Assembly (NCBI RefSeq): GCF_006345805.1
Contig: NC_043000.1
Span: 6,634,001 to 6,698,000, forward strand
Direction of reading: 5' to 3'
DNA: 64,000 nucleotides
DNA from: Octopus sinensis
Lineage: Eukaryota
The notes beneath the pieces are model-generated. The model worked only from the letters and a program-made list of their open reading frames with translations, had not been told where the DNA came from and searched no databases. A program made the position numbers and the translations under genes. Positions 12,301 to 22,580 of the stretch are shown in pieces (positions within the stretch are counted from its first letter, which is position 1; each line of letters opens with the position of its first letter).

Positions 12301-13200
12301 TAGAAAGATTGGATGAAAAGCGGGGAGCAGAGCACAAAACCTAGAATAGAGCCAGACTCATCAGAGGGACTTGGCTATTGAAGCTGGGAGCTATATTGTA
12401 GAAAGTACAATTAAGGTTATGAAAGCAAGGATGACCAAAGGACCATCAGATATGCCATATATCATCATCATCATCATCGTTTATGTTAATATATGTTAAT
12501 ATATGTTAATATATTTTGACCAACCTCCTTTCCCCATAACTAGAAGTCATCTTAATCGCTAAATATAAAATTTGAATATTAACATCCTTGGTCTCATGGA
12601 GCAAGATTGTGGGTTTCAAATAATACATGCTAATAATATAATTCAAGGCTTTAAAAATCCAATCTAAAGGATGAGCAGCTTGAAAAGCAAGTTGTTCTAA
12701 TTTTGTTACATGCAATATGGTTTAAAAAATAAAAAAAAAGTAAGCAATAAATTGCTGTATTTTCTTCTGAATTCTAACTTCTGTTACCTAAGCGATCTAA
12801 GAAGCAGCATAGTAGCCTGAGTAAGGGCAGCGGGGGGAGTTTAGGGAGCTATCATCACAGCAGAGGAAAAGGGATTCTCTGAGTGAATAAAGAGTAGATT
12901 GTATAATGCTTGTAGGAAGTGTAATATGGGATGGTAGTTAAACAAGGACATCGAATGCTGAGGATATGCAAAGAATGGAAAGAAATAGGCAAGCAAGCAG
13001 CACATATTTGTAGACTCTTATGATTATGTATCATCATCATCATCATCATCATTTAGCGTCCGTTTTCCATGCTAGCATGGGTTGGACGGTTCAACTGGGG
13101 TCTGGGGAGCCCGAAGGCTGCACCAGGCCAGTCAGATCTGGCAGTGTTTCTACAGCTGGATGCCCTTCCTAACGCCAACCACTCCGAGAGTGTAGTGGGT

Positions 13201-14640
13201 GATTTTATGTGCCACCGACACAGGTGCCAGACGAGGCTGGCGAACGGCCACGCTCGGATGGTGTTTTTATGTGCCACCGACACAGGTGCCAGACGAGGCT
13301 GGCAGACGGCCACGCTCGGATGGTGTTTTTATGTGCCACCGACACAGGTGCCAGATGAGGCTGGCGGACGGCCACGATCGGATGGTGTTTGTGACGCCCC
13401 CAAAGCACGGAGGCCAGTCTATGCGGTACTGGCTACGGCCACGTTCGGATGATTTTCTTGTGTGCCACCGGCACTGGTACCACAAAGATACAAATTCCAT
13501 TTATGTTCATCTATTTTGATTTGATTTGATTTGATTTGATTTGATTTTCACTTGCCTCAACAGGTCTTCACAAGTGTCACAAGAAGGAAGGTATGCATAG
13601 GTGGACTGTCTACGTCGCCGGGTCTTCGGATGGTGTCTTTATGTGCCACCGACACAGGTGCCAGATGTGGCTGGCGAACGGCCACGATCGGATGGTTTTC
13701 TTGTGTGCCACCGGTACTGGAACCACAAAGATACAAATTCCATTGATGTTCATCTATTTTGATTTGGTTTGATTTCACTTGCCTCAACAGGTCTTCACAA
13801 GTGTCACGCGTGTCACACACTTGCCTCAACAGGTCTCCACAAGTGTCACACACTTGCCTCTGCCTCAACAGGTCTTCACAAGTGTCACACACTTGCCTCT
13901 GCCTCAACAGGTCTTCACAAGTGTCATAAGAGGGAAGGTAAGCACAGGTGGACTGACTACGTCGCCGGGTCTTTGGATGGTGGTGGTGTTTTTATGTGCC
14001 ACCGACACAGGTGCCAGGTGAGGCTGGCGAACGGCCACGATCAGATGGTGTTTGTTGTGCCCACAGCACGGAGGCCAGTCGACGGCCACGTTCGGATGGT
14101 TTTCTTGTGTGCCACCGGTACTGGAACCACAAAGATACAAATTCCATTGATATTCATCTATTTTGATTTGGTTTGATTTTCACTTGCCTCAACAGGTCTT
14201 CACAAGGTCACACACTTGCCTCAACAGGTCTCCACAAGTGTCACACACTTGCCTCTGCCTCAACAGGTCTTCACAAGTGTCACACACTTGCCTCAACAGG
14301 TCTTCACAAGTGTCATAAGAGGGAAGGTATGCACAGGTGGACTGACTACGTCGCCGGGTCTTCGGATGGTGTCTTTATGTGCCACCGGCACAGGTGCCAG
14401 ATGAGGCTGGCGAACGGCCACGATCGGATGGTGTGTGTTGTGCCCACAGCACGGAGGCCAGTCGATGCGGTACTGGTTACGGCCACGTTTGGGTGGTTTT
14501 CTTGTGTGCCACCGGCACTGGTACCACGAAGAATACAATTCCACTGATGTTCATCTATTTTGATTTGATTTGATTTTCACTTGCCTCAACAGGTCTTCAT
14601 AAGTGTCACAAGAAGGAAGGTATGCACAGGACTGACTACG
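13201..14640. repeat. Hierarchical tandem repeat forming the RTE 3' UTR
   Basis: Four macro-units anchored by ttcatctattttgattt (~13505, 13748, 14153, 14549). Nested 62-bp units (x3 at 13201-13384) and 33/39-bp cacacttgcctc(tgcctc)aacaggtcttcacaagtgtca units (13770-13927, 14180-14316). Confidence 0.92.
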
Positions 14641-14671
14641 TCCCCGGTCGGGGCCACGGGTTATGGCCTGA

Positions 14672-17662
14672 CTAGTCTTGCCGGGTCTTCTCATGCACAG
14701 CATACTTCCATAGGTCTCGGTCTCTAGACATTTCCTTAGTGAGACCTAAAGTTCGAAGGTCGTGCTTCACCACCTCGTCCCAGGTTTTCCTGGGTCTACC
14801 TCTTCCACAGGTTCCCTCCACTGCTAGGGTGTAGCACTTTTGCACACAACTATCTTCAGCCTTTCTTGTCACATGACCATACCAGCGCAGCCGTCTCTCT
14901 TGCACGCCACAACTGACGCTTCTTAGGTTCAACTTTTCTCTCAAGGAACTTACACTCTGACGATTATGAACACTGACATTACACATCCATCGGAGCATAC
15001 TGGCTTCATTTCTTGCGAGCTTACGCATATCCTCAGCAGTCACGGCCCATGCTTCACTACCATGTAGCATGGCTGTACGTACACATGCATCATACAGTCT
15101 GCCTTTTACTCTGAGCGAGAGGCCTTTTGTCACCAGCAGGGGTAAGAGCTCTCTAAACTTTGCCCAGGCTATTCTTACTCTAGCAGTTACACTTTCAGCA
15201 CACCCACCCCCGCTACTGACTTGGTCTCCTAGGTAGCGGAAGCTATCAACTACTTCTAGTTTGTCTCCCTGGAACGTGGCAGAAGTTGGTCTCTGCATAT
15301 TTCCAGTGTTTATTGCTCCTGAGCATTTGCCACAGACAAAAACTATTTTCCTAGTTAGCCTTCCTTTGACATTGCTGCACCTCTTATGTGTCCATAGCTT
15401 ACACTTGGTGCATCTTATAGAGTTTCTACCTACACCTTTTTTACAGATCGAGCAGGGCCATCTACCTGAAGGCGTTTGTGATTGATCTACCTTCCTACTT
15501 ATTAGAACTTTGGTTTTGGCTAGGTTGATTCTAAGGCCCTTCGATTCTAATCCTTGTTTCCACACCTGAAACTTCTCCTCCAGTTCTGATAGTGACTCAG
15601 CAATTAGAGCAAGGTCATCAGCATAGAGGAGCTCCCAGGGGCAACCTGTCTTGAATTCCTCCGTTATTGCCTGGAGGACTATGATAAATAGGAGGGGACT
15701 GAGGACTGAACCTTGGTGGACCCCAACCTCTACCCGGAATTCTTCACTGTACTCGTTGCCAACCCTCACCTTACTAGCAGCATCGCTGTACATGGCTTGA
15801 ACAGCTCTCACCAACCATTCTTCTATCCCTAGTTTCCTCATTGACCACCAGATAAGGGACCGGGGGACCCTGTCAAAGGCTTTCTCCAAGTCAACAAAAG
15901 CCAGGTACAAGGGCTTATCTTTGGCTAGGTATTTCTCCTGCAGCTGTCTTACCAGGAATATAGCATCAGTAGTACTTTTCCCTGGCACGAACCCAAACTG
16001 CATATCATCTAAGGTAACTCTCTCTCTAATTAGTTGGGCTACAACCCTCTCCGTAACCTTCATTACCTGATCCAGCAGCTTGATGCCCCTGTAGTTATTT
16101 GTCTCTAGGGCGTCGCCTTTACCTTTGTAGCAGTTGACTATTATGCTGCTACACCAGTCATTGGGTATGACCCCCTCGTGTATCACCTGGTTAACTATAC
16201 GGGTGACTAAGCTATAGCCGACACCACCAGATATTTTGAGCATCTCTGCAGTAATTCCTGATGGGCCTGGGGCTTTCCCTGTTTTCATGCTTCTAATTGC
16301 CTTATCTACTAAGGAACTGTTAACTCGGATTGCTGGTCCCTCTGTTGGGTCGACATTCGGCAGACTCTCTTTATCCCATTCATTTTCCTCATTCAGCAAC
16401 CTTTCATAGTGGCGTCTCCAAGCTTCTCTCTTTGCATCCTCATTTAACGCAAGTGAACCATCCTCCATGCGAACACATTTCTCTCCTACCACGTCACGAT
16501 TCTCTCTCACACACTGTCTTGCAACACGAAATACCTCAAGTCTTTCATCCTCACGACGCAGGACATTGGCAAATTTTTCCTTATCTGCCTCCCCTCTGGC
16601 TAGATAGACCTGTCTCCTGGCTTCCCTTCTGGCAGACTGATACACTTCCCTGCTACCACCGTTCTTCCAGGCCTTCCAAGCCTGTTTCTTTTGTCTAATA
16701 GCCCTGTCAACAATATTGTTCCACCACCACGTTATTTTGGGTCTTAAGGGGACTTTGCACCAGCCACAGATCTGGTCAGCGGCTTTCAGCAGGTTGTCCC
16801 TCAGAAGCGTCCAGTTGTCTTCTACCCCATGCGTAGCTATACTCCCTTCCATTTCGTCTAAGGCTTCAAATAACATATCTCTAAATCTCTGTCCATTCGC
16901 AGGGTCTTTAAGCTTCCAGACCCTTCTTCTCCATGTTGGTCGTCTTCTAGTCGCCCTCTTTGTCCTGATCCTAAAGTCACTAACTACCAGTCTATGTTGT
17001 GGGGTGCATTCTTCACCTGGGAAGGTTTTGGCATTTATAAGCAGCCATCTTTCCCTTTTTCTGGCAAGGATGTAGTCGATTTGGCTAGTATGCCGGCCCG
17101 ATCGGTAGGTGACCAGGTGGCTTGTCGGTTTCCTGAAGTTAGTGTTGCAGATCATAAGACTATTCGCATCGCAGAACTCCAGCAGCCTGGTTCCCTCCTC
17201 GTTGCGGGAACCATAACCGTAGCCTCCATGTACGCCATGGAAGCCCCCAGCACGTCGTCCAACATGCCCATTGAAGTCACCAGCCACAAAGAGAAGGTCC
17301 CTGTCGTTCGTCAATGATGTGGTCTGCAGTAGGGTGTCATAGAAACAGTCTTTCTGTCCATCAGGTAGCCCTGGCTGAGGGGCATAGGCCGATATAATAG
17401 TTGCTAAACTATGGTGGAGCACTAATCTAATCTTAATTATTCTGTCACTTACTCTGACTACCTCGATTACCTTATCTACCCATTTTTCGGCGATAAGCAT
17501 GCCCACACCCCCGACTCCGTCAGTATTCCCAGCCCAGAAAATCTTGTACCTCTGTCCTTTGCCTGTGAGGAACCTAGCAGAACCTCCTCTCCACCTCACT
17601 TCTTGAATGCAGCATATATCAACCCACCTCCGTTCAAGCAATTCAACTATCTCGCCAGATCT
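14672..17662 (-). CDS. RTE LINE ORF: APE endonuclease + reverse transcriptase with PHD-like insertion (no native ATG)
   Basis: Endonuclease motifs CIQEVRW, ISAYAPQ, AGDFNGHVG, SQIDYIL and QHRLVVSD. RT motifs FVDLEKAFDRV, GVHQGSVLSPLLF, LLYADDL and FRYLG. The track's start (17674) is a TTG in flanking DNA. Confidence 0.92.
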   Translation of the reverse strand, partial: RSGEIVELLERRWVDICCIQEVRWRGGSARFLTGKGQRYKIFWAGNTDGVGGVGMLIAEKWVDKVIEVVRVSDRIIKIRLVLHHSLATIISAYAPQPGLPDGQKDCFYDTLLQTTSLTNDRDLLFVAGDFNGHVGRRAGGFHGVHGGYGYGSRNEEGTRLLEFCDANSLMICNTNFRKPTSHLVTYRSGRHTSQIDYILARKRERWLLINAKTFPGEECTPQHRLVVSDFRIRTKRATRRRPTWRRRVWKLKDPANGQRFRDMLFEALDEMEGSIATHGVEDNWTLLRDNLLKAADQICGWCKVPLRPKITWWWNNIVDRAIRQKKQAWKAWKNGGSREVYQSARREARRQVYLARGEADKEKFANVLRREDERLEVFRVARQCVRENRDVVGEKCVRMEDGSLALNEDAKREAWRRHYERLLNEENEWDKESLPNVDPTEGPAIRVNSSLVDKAIRSMKTGKAPGPSGITAEMLKISGGVGYSLVTRIVNQVIHEGVIPNDWCSSIIVNCYKGKGDALETNNYRGIKLLDQVMKVTERVVAQLIRERVTLDDMQFGFVPGKSTTDAIFLVRQLQEKYLAKDKPLYLAFVDLEKAFDRVPRSLIWWSMRKLGIEEWLVRAVQAMYSDAASKVRVGNEYSEEFRVEVGVHQGSVLSPLLFIIVLQAITEEFKTGCPWELLYADDLALIAESLSELEEKFQVWKQGLESKGLRINLAKTKVLISRKVDQSQTPSGRWPCSICKKGVGRNSIRCTKCKLWTHKRCSNVKGRLTRKIVFVCGKCSGAINTGNMQRPTSATFQGDKLEVVDSFRYLGDQVSSGGGCAESVTARVRIAWAKFRELLPLLVTKGLSLRVKGRLYDACVRTAMLHGSEAWAVTAEDMRKLARNEASMLRWMCNVSVHNRQSVSSLREKLNLRSVSCGVQERRLRWYGHVTRKAEDSCVQKCYTLAVEGTCGRGRPRKTWDEVVKHDLRTLGLTKEMSRDRDLWKYAVHEKTRQD

Positions 17663-18849
17663 GGTTATATACAAAAGTGTATTGTATGTTCTATCAAGTT
17701 TCAGTAGATCTACATATCACATGTATAACAAAAATTCATACTTGCATGTTTGTAGAGAACTCTATCTAGGTTTATGTACATTAACTACAATGAATTTTTC
17801 TGGTATGTGTGCATTTGCAAAATTGCAGTGTATGGATTTGCATCTCAGTCACACATGTGCTACCATACATTATATGTGCATACACTTACTTGTATGTTGT
17901 CCATGCATATTTTACCTGTATATGTATGCATGTGCATTTTCATAAATGTGTGTATATATGTTTATTGAAATGTTTCATTTATTTGTCTGTGATATATCAT
18001 TATATGTATTTTTTAAGCATACACACAAGTGTATAGTTGTGTGTATATGTCTACAATATATGTGTGGTTTTATACATTCAAATTATGTCTTTAGAGTATG
18101 TAATATATACAGTTTGCATGTCAAGTTTGTTTAAATGTATAACAGTCACAAATACGAGTTTGTGCAATAAGAGAGGGAAAACATGCACCATACATGCAAT
18201 AAATTACATACTTTATCATTTCTTTCTTGCATCTTTCATTCAGCTTCTCATGTGTATGTGTATACGTGAACGAGTATGATTCTATTATATCTACATGAAT
18301 ATATTTTTTTGTGTGCATATTTATGCTTATGTATAGAGTGACTTGTGACTATAAGAATGATTTTTAAAAAAGTTCTAAGTTGTTATTCTCGTAAGCATAT
18401 TGTCAAAATTTATGACATTCCAACATATTTTCAACAGAAATCTCTAGACTCATTAAATTTTCAGCCATATAATGAGATAATTTGTGATTTATAAGTTAGT
18501 TTCATAAGTGCCTTACACAAAACTGTAGACTCTTCACTCAATTATGTAGATTTAGAGCTATTGCATAAAGACACACCACACACAGAGTGTGTACAGTGTA
18601 AACAGCATGAATTATAGGTACACAAGAGATGTACTGAGAACACGGTCAGCTGATGATGAATAAAGACTTAGTAATCAACAGATGCACATTAGTTAGTAGA
18701 CAGAGCGCTAGTCAAATAACATTTCCAAAGCTTGTGAGGCTCTATTAAAAGTAACTGAGAACCTGTTACCTTTGCAACCAAATCAGCAGTAAAAAACGAT
18801 GCTCTGAAAGCTTAGTAGTTAAAATAAGTACCGAGTGGAAAAAGCTGAG

Positions 18850-19200
18850 AGAGCTATCACCACTACTGGCAACAAGTGACTAAAGATTGTTCTGTTGCTT
18901 TTAAATTAAGTGTGATGCTGCATAGTAGTGAGATGTATGCATCAGCTGTGCAAAGGTTGGAGAGAAATAAAGTAAGCATGCCTCTCTGGATGTGTAATAT
19001 TAAGGTGCATGAACAACACGGTACAGGTAAGCTGAGAAATAGAGTGAATATAAATGAAATCAATTTTAGAGTGCTAGCAATACATTGCTAAACACATGGA
19101 ATGCATACGGATGGTAATAAATGATTAAACAAAAAAGACATCAGTATGTCCAGTGAAAGGAGATTGCAGAGGTGGAAGATTGAAGAAGATGTAGGTAGTG
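18850..19200 (+). pseudogene. Degenerate RTE C-terminal fragment
   Basis: SVMLHSSE...RLERNKVSMPLWMCNIKVHE parallels TAMLHGSE...KLARNEASMLRWMCNVSVHN of the intact RTE ORF. Confidence 0.65.
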
Positions 19201-19499
19201 GTAAAAGATGGTCTTGAAGATGATAAAGGATCATAACACATGTCAGAAAGAACCCAACCAACTGCTTCAAGCAACAAAAAGCTGATATAAAATTGATTAC
19301 AAAGAAACATCATACTTAAAACATATTCTATGTGCAAGGGGAATAAGATGTATTACTTCACAGTGCTGATGTAATAAATTGTTGGTTATCTATATTAACT
19401 GTTTTGATACCAACTTTTTAAAATCAGGCCAAGTCAGGTGTGGGGCACATGCCGTGTTGCTGCATTCACCATTTTTTGATATAATCCCAGTCCTCTAGG

Positions 19500-19650
19500 G
19501 CAACTCATTGGACAAGGGGGTGCTTGGTGCTGCTGATATCTGTGCAGGAGGACAAAGGTTCAGGTCTTCAGTCCTCCCTGTCCGGCTCTATGGTTGTAAA
19601 ACTTAAACACTGTCCAGGACCCTCAGGAGATACCTGAACTCTCAGAACAT
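19500..19650 (+). pseudogene. Degenerate RTE (BovB/Expander-like) fragment
   Basis: With frameshifts reads NSLDKGV..RYLCRRTKVQVF.S...VLPV.LYGCKT*TLSRTLRRYLNS, typical of the RTE post-RT segment. Confidence 0.5.
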
Positions 19651-19699
19651 GTGGGGTAAGTATCCAAAAATGTACAAAAACGGCAAAAAGGCGGGCAGC

Positions 19700-20160
19700 A
19701 ATGTGAGTGACAACAACGAAAAAGTCAAAAGTGACCAAACTGAACAAACGAATGGAAAAGGTTTTTTGGTGCACACGACAAAGTGGTTTATAATAAACCA
19801 AGAGTTTGCAAGTAGCATCCAAGGACCCTTAGGGTACGTCAAAAATTTAAGGTAAAACGTTTGGGGTGGTAGTTATAAAGAAAGTTTAAACAAAAAAAGT
19901 ATTCGAATAACTTGCGGCTGCAGCAGCTATTAGCAGAAGTGGCGGTGTTGGGGGGTAAAGTCTCGAATGTAATTTCTTCCTGGTAGGAATTGGTTGGGTT
20001 GAATTATCGATAGCTGTTTGATAGTTATTTGGGAGTGAAGAGAAGACATTGCAACCTACACATGCGCCTTCGTTCCCAAGTGTGAAAGGACTAGATTGGG
20101 ATTAGTCGTTGCCTACTAGGGGCTCTTACATACCTGGGCAATGCCAGGCTATGCTGCTAG
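19700..20160 (+). mobile_element. Helitron-like 3' terminus
   Basis: Hairpin cctgg-gcaatg-ccagg (20133-20148), then ...CTAG (20157-20160) followed by T, the canonical Helitron 3' end. The 5' limit is uncertain. Confidence 0.5.
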
Positions 20161-21349
20161 TGTGTGTATATATGTCATTTACATAGATATTACACTTAAT
20201 AGTTGCCAATAGGTATCTAAAGCATCAGTAAAACAAGTTACAGAACATAGTGAAACAAAATGCTCACTGAAAACACTACAAAAAATATCCCCAGAAAACA
20301 TACACCTCACCACCCAACTATACCTGGAATTTAAACGATAACATAAACAAAACAAATATTAAAATCAATTGGTTCATAATCAAACATTTCTCTACAGAAG
20401 GATGCCCTTTGTCTCTTGGAGAAACAGAATATCTTACTACAATCTTTTATGATTAAAAAGAAAAAAAAGAATAGAATCATTGCTGATACTTCCGTTAATA
20501 TTTACTGGAGAATCATCTATGCTCTACTTCAATAATGAATTTACCATACTTTGAGAGATGGTCATATAATGAAGGAAAAAAAACTGTTTCCTTTGCTTTC
20601 TTGTACTTTGTACATATGATGCTAAAGATGTAGAAATACTGCCTTTGCATGTAAATAGGTAAATATATGCTCTGCTTTATAATTCAGAGTGGTTACAAAT
20701 ATTTTCTCCAGTAACATGAATACTAACATGGCACCTGTTGAAAATGAAGGGACTCATTTCTAACTTCTTTAAGTAATCTTCACATCTTGTTCCATTTTTG
20801 TGTTCTTTCAGTTATTCTTTTTATCCACATTCATTGTTATCACTGACTCAGCCACATAAATCTGTATCTTGTTTTTTATCCATATATATTTTCCTCTTTC
20901 ACATTTTAATTTTCTCAATCAAAATTGTCCCCTGCTTCTCATTTTTCAACAACTTCATGCACATACACTGCAATACATACAAATTCCCTCTTGTTCTCTC
21001 TTGCTAACCTTTCTCTGTCTGATTGCAAAATAAATAACTTGTCCCACAAGCTACTGACTGCTGGTTATTTCTCCCTCTTGCTCACTTTATTCACTCACAT
21101 CTTACCTATTTTAACTCTTTATAATACTCTCTCTCTTTTACTTTGTTTTCAGCTATGTCACTGCTTTCTCCTTCCAGTGTAAGAAAGAGATGTGAGAAGC
21201 AAAAACCTGACATGTGACTTTGCATTAAAAATATTCAAATTACACACACACAAGAGTATCCACTTAAAATATGACAGTTTTCAATTATATGGAATGTTTT
21301 ACAGTAGGGGGGAATAGACCTACAAATGATATATCAAATGATGATATAT

Positions 21350-21600
21350 TCACCATCATCATCATTGTTCGACCGTGGTCGAGACAATGGCATTTACTGT
21401 GTTACTCTAGATTTCACAGTCCATCATAGCATTACGGAGGTCCTGTTGCTGGATGCCTGTATCCCTGGAGATTACATCAGGGTAGGAGAGTGTGCGCCCT
21501 CTGGTATCACAAGCAGATGGCTTCCAGAGGAGAAGAGTAGAAATTACCTCATTTTCAGCTCTGCAACAATGTCCAGCGAACATTACATGGTTGATTTTTA
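21350..21600 (-). pseudogene. RTE/RTEX-like LINE 3' end with (GAT)n tail
   Basis: MFAGHCCRAENEVISTLLLWKPS...RGRTLSYPDVISRDTG..QDLRNAMMD, followed by tgatgatgatg; same family type as 7480-8020. Confidence 0.7.
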
Positions 21601-22269
21601 AAAAAACTAAACAAATTTTAAAAAAACAGTGTCCATACACACAGGTTTGTTTTACCAAACTAATGACAGTCTATGTAACTTTCACCATACCACTGATACT
21701 ACTCAGACTATCATTTTAGATACAATGCATGTTTCCACCCTACCACAAATACTGAGTATCAAATGAGGTTTGCACCATATGTAATATATACCAGTGTATG
21801 TTTTACAATACTTTCCTTATGTACACACACGTACAGAGTCTGTGTGTATCAGTGTGTGCATGCCATATTCATATTACTCTCATATTACATTTGCTGTCCA
21901 TATTAGCATAGGTTAGACAGGTTTGTCACAATGTGGAGTAGAAAAGTAGTCAAAAAGGGTGTGATGGGTGGTAAATAGATGTGGTCCAAAGAGTGGTGGG
22001 TGGCAATACTGATAGAGGGAGTAAGAATTTATAGGGTACAGATGGTTCAAAGCACTCTTACACTTAGGCCTAGCGAAGACAGGGGTAAAGCAATGTGATA
22101 AATACAATGGTAAGGGGGACTATCATTTATAAGCATCATAAGTGGTGAGATAAGAATAGAGAAATATAAGTAAAAGAGGTGACTGAAGTGAATGGGGAGA
22201 TGAAGATGATCAACATGTAGATATGTTGAGGTGCAAGGTAGAGTAGCATAATATATATATATATAATAA

Positions 22270-22580
22270 CCAGCACTCTGTCACTTACAACGATGACGGT
22301 TCCGGTTGATCCGATCAACAGAACAGCTTTCTCGTTAGATTACTGTGCAAGTGGCAGAGCACTCCACAGACATGTGTACCCCTTCACATACTTCTCAGAG
22401 AGATTCAGTGTGTCACAGAGTGTGACAAGACTGACCCCTTGAAATACAGGTATTACTCATTTTTGCCAGCTGAGTGAATTGGAGCAACATGAAATAAAGT
22501 GTCATGCACAAGGGCACAACGTGCCACCAGGAATCAAACTCGTGATCTGAATACCCTAACCACTAAGCCATGCACTTTCA
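22270..22580 (-). mobile_element. tRNA-derived SINE (second family)
   Basis: Shares gccagctgagtgaa(t/c)tggagcaa..tgaaataaagtgtc and a B-box-like ggaatcaaactc with 27800-28120. Confidence 0.65.

Larger units (their letters stand above)
13029..17662 (-). mobile_element. Young 5'-truncated RTE-clade LINE with (GAT)n tail
   Basis: Open EN-RT frame (14672-17662), ~1.6-kb repeated 3' UTR, terminal ...aaacggacgctaaa(tga)n tail at 13029-13052, CpGs retained. Homology stops at RSGEIV, inside endonuclease motif I. Confidence 0.93.

Noticed and set aside
13770-14316. 33/39-bp direct repeats resembling a CRISPR array
   Set aside because: No unique spacers, eukaryotic LINE UTR context, no cas genes.
13053-14573. 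Many overlapping 60-135 aa ORFs on both strands
   Set aside because: Artefacts of the GC-richer tandem-repeat 3' UTR of the RTE; the peptides are repetitive with no recognisable domain.
13011-17672. Target-site duplication for the RTE (tgattatgta vs tggttatata)
   Set aside because: Only 8/10 identical, which is unconvincing for an otherwise young element; TSD left unassigned.
17650-17680. In-frame VAP exon 1-RTE ORF fusion via the CAG at the element's 5' junction
   Set aside because: Exon 1 ends in phase 1 but the RTE frame needs phase 2; the splice would read GAT CTG GCG AGA TAG (stop).
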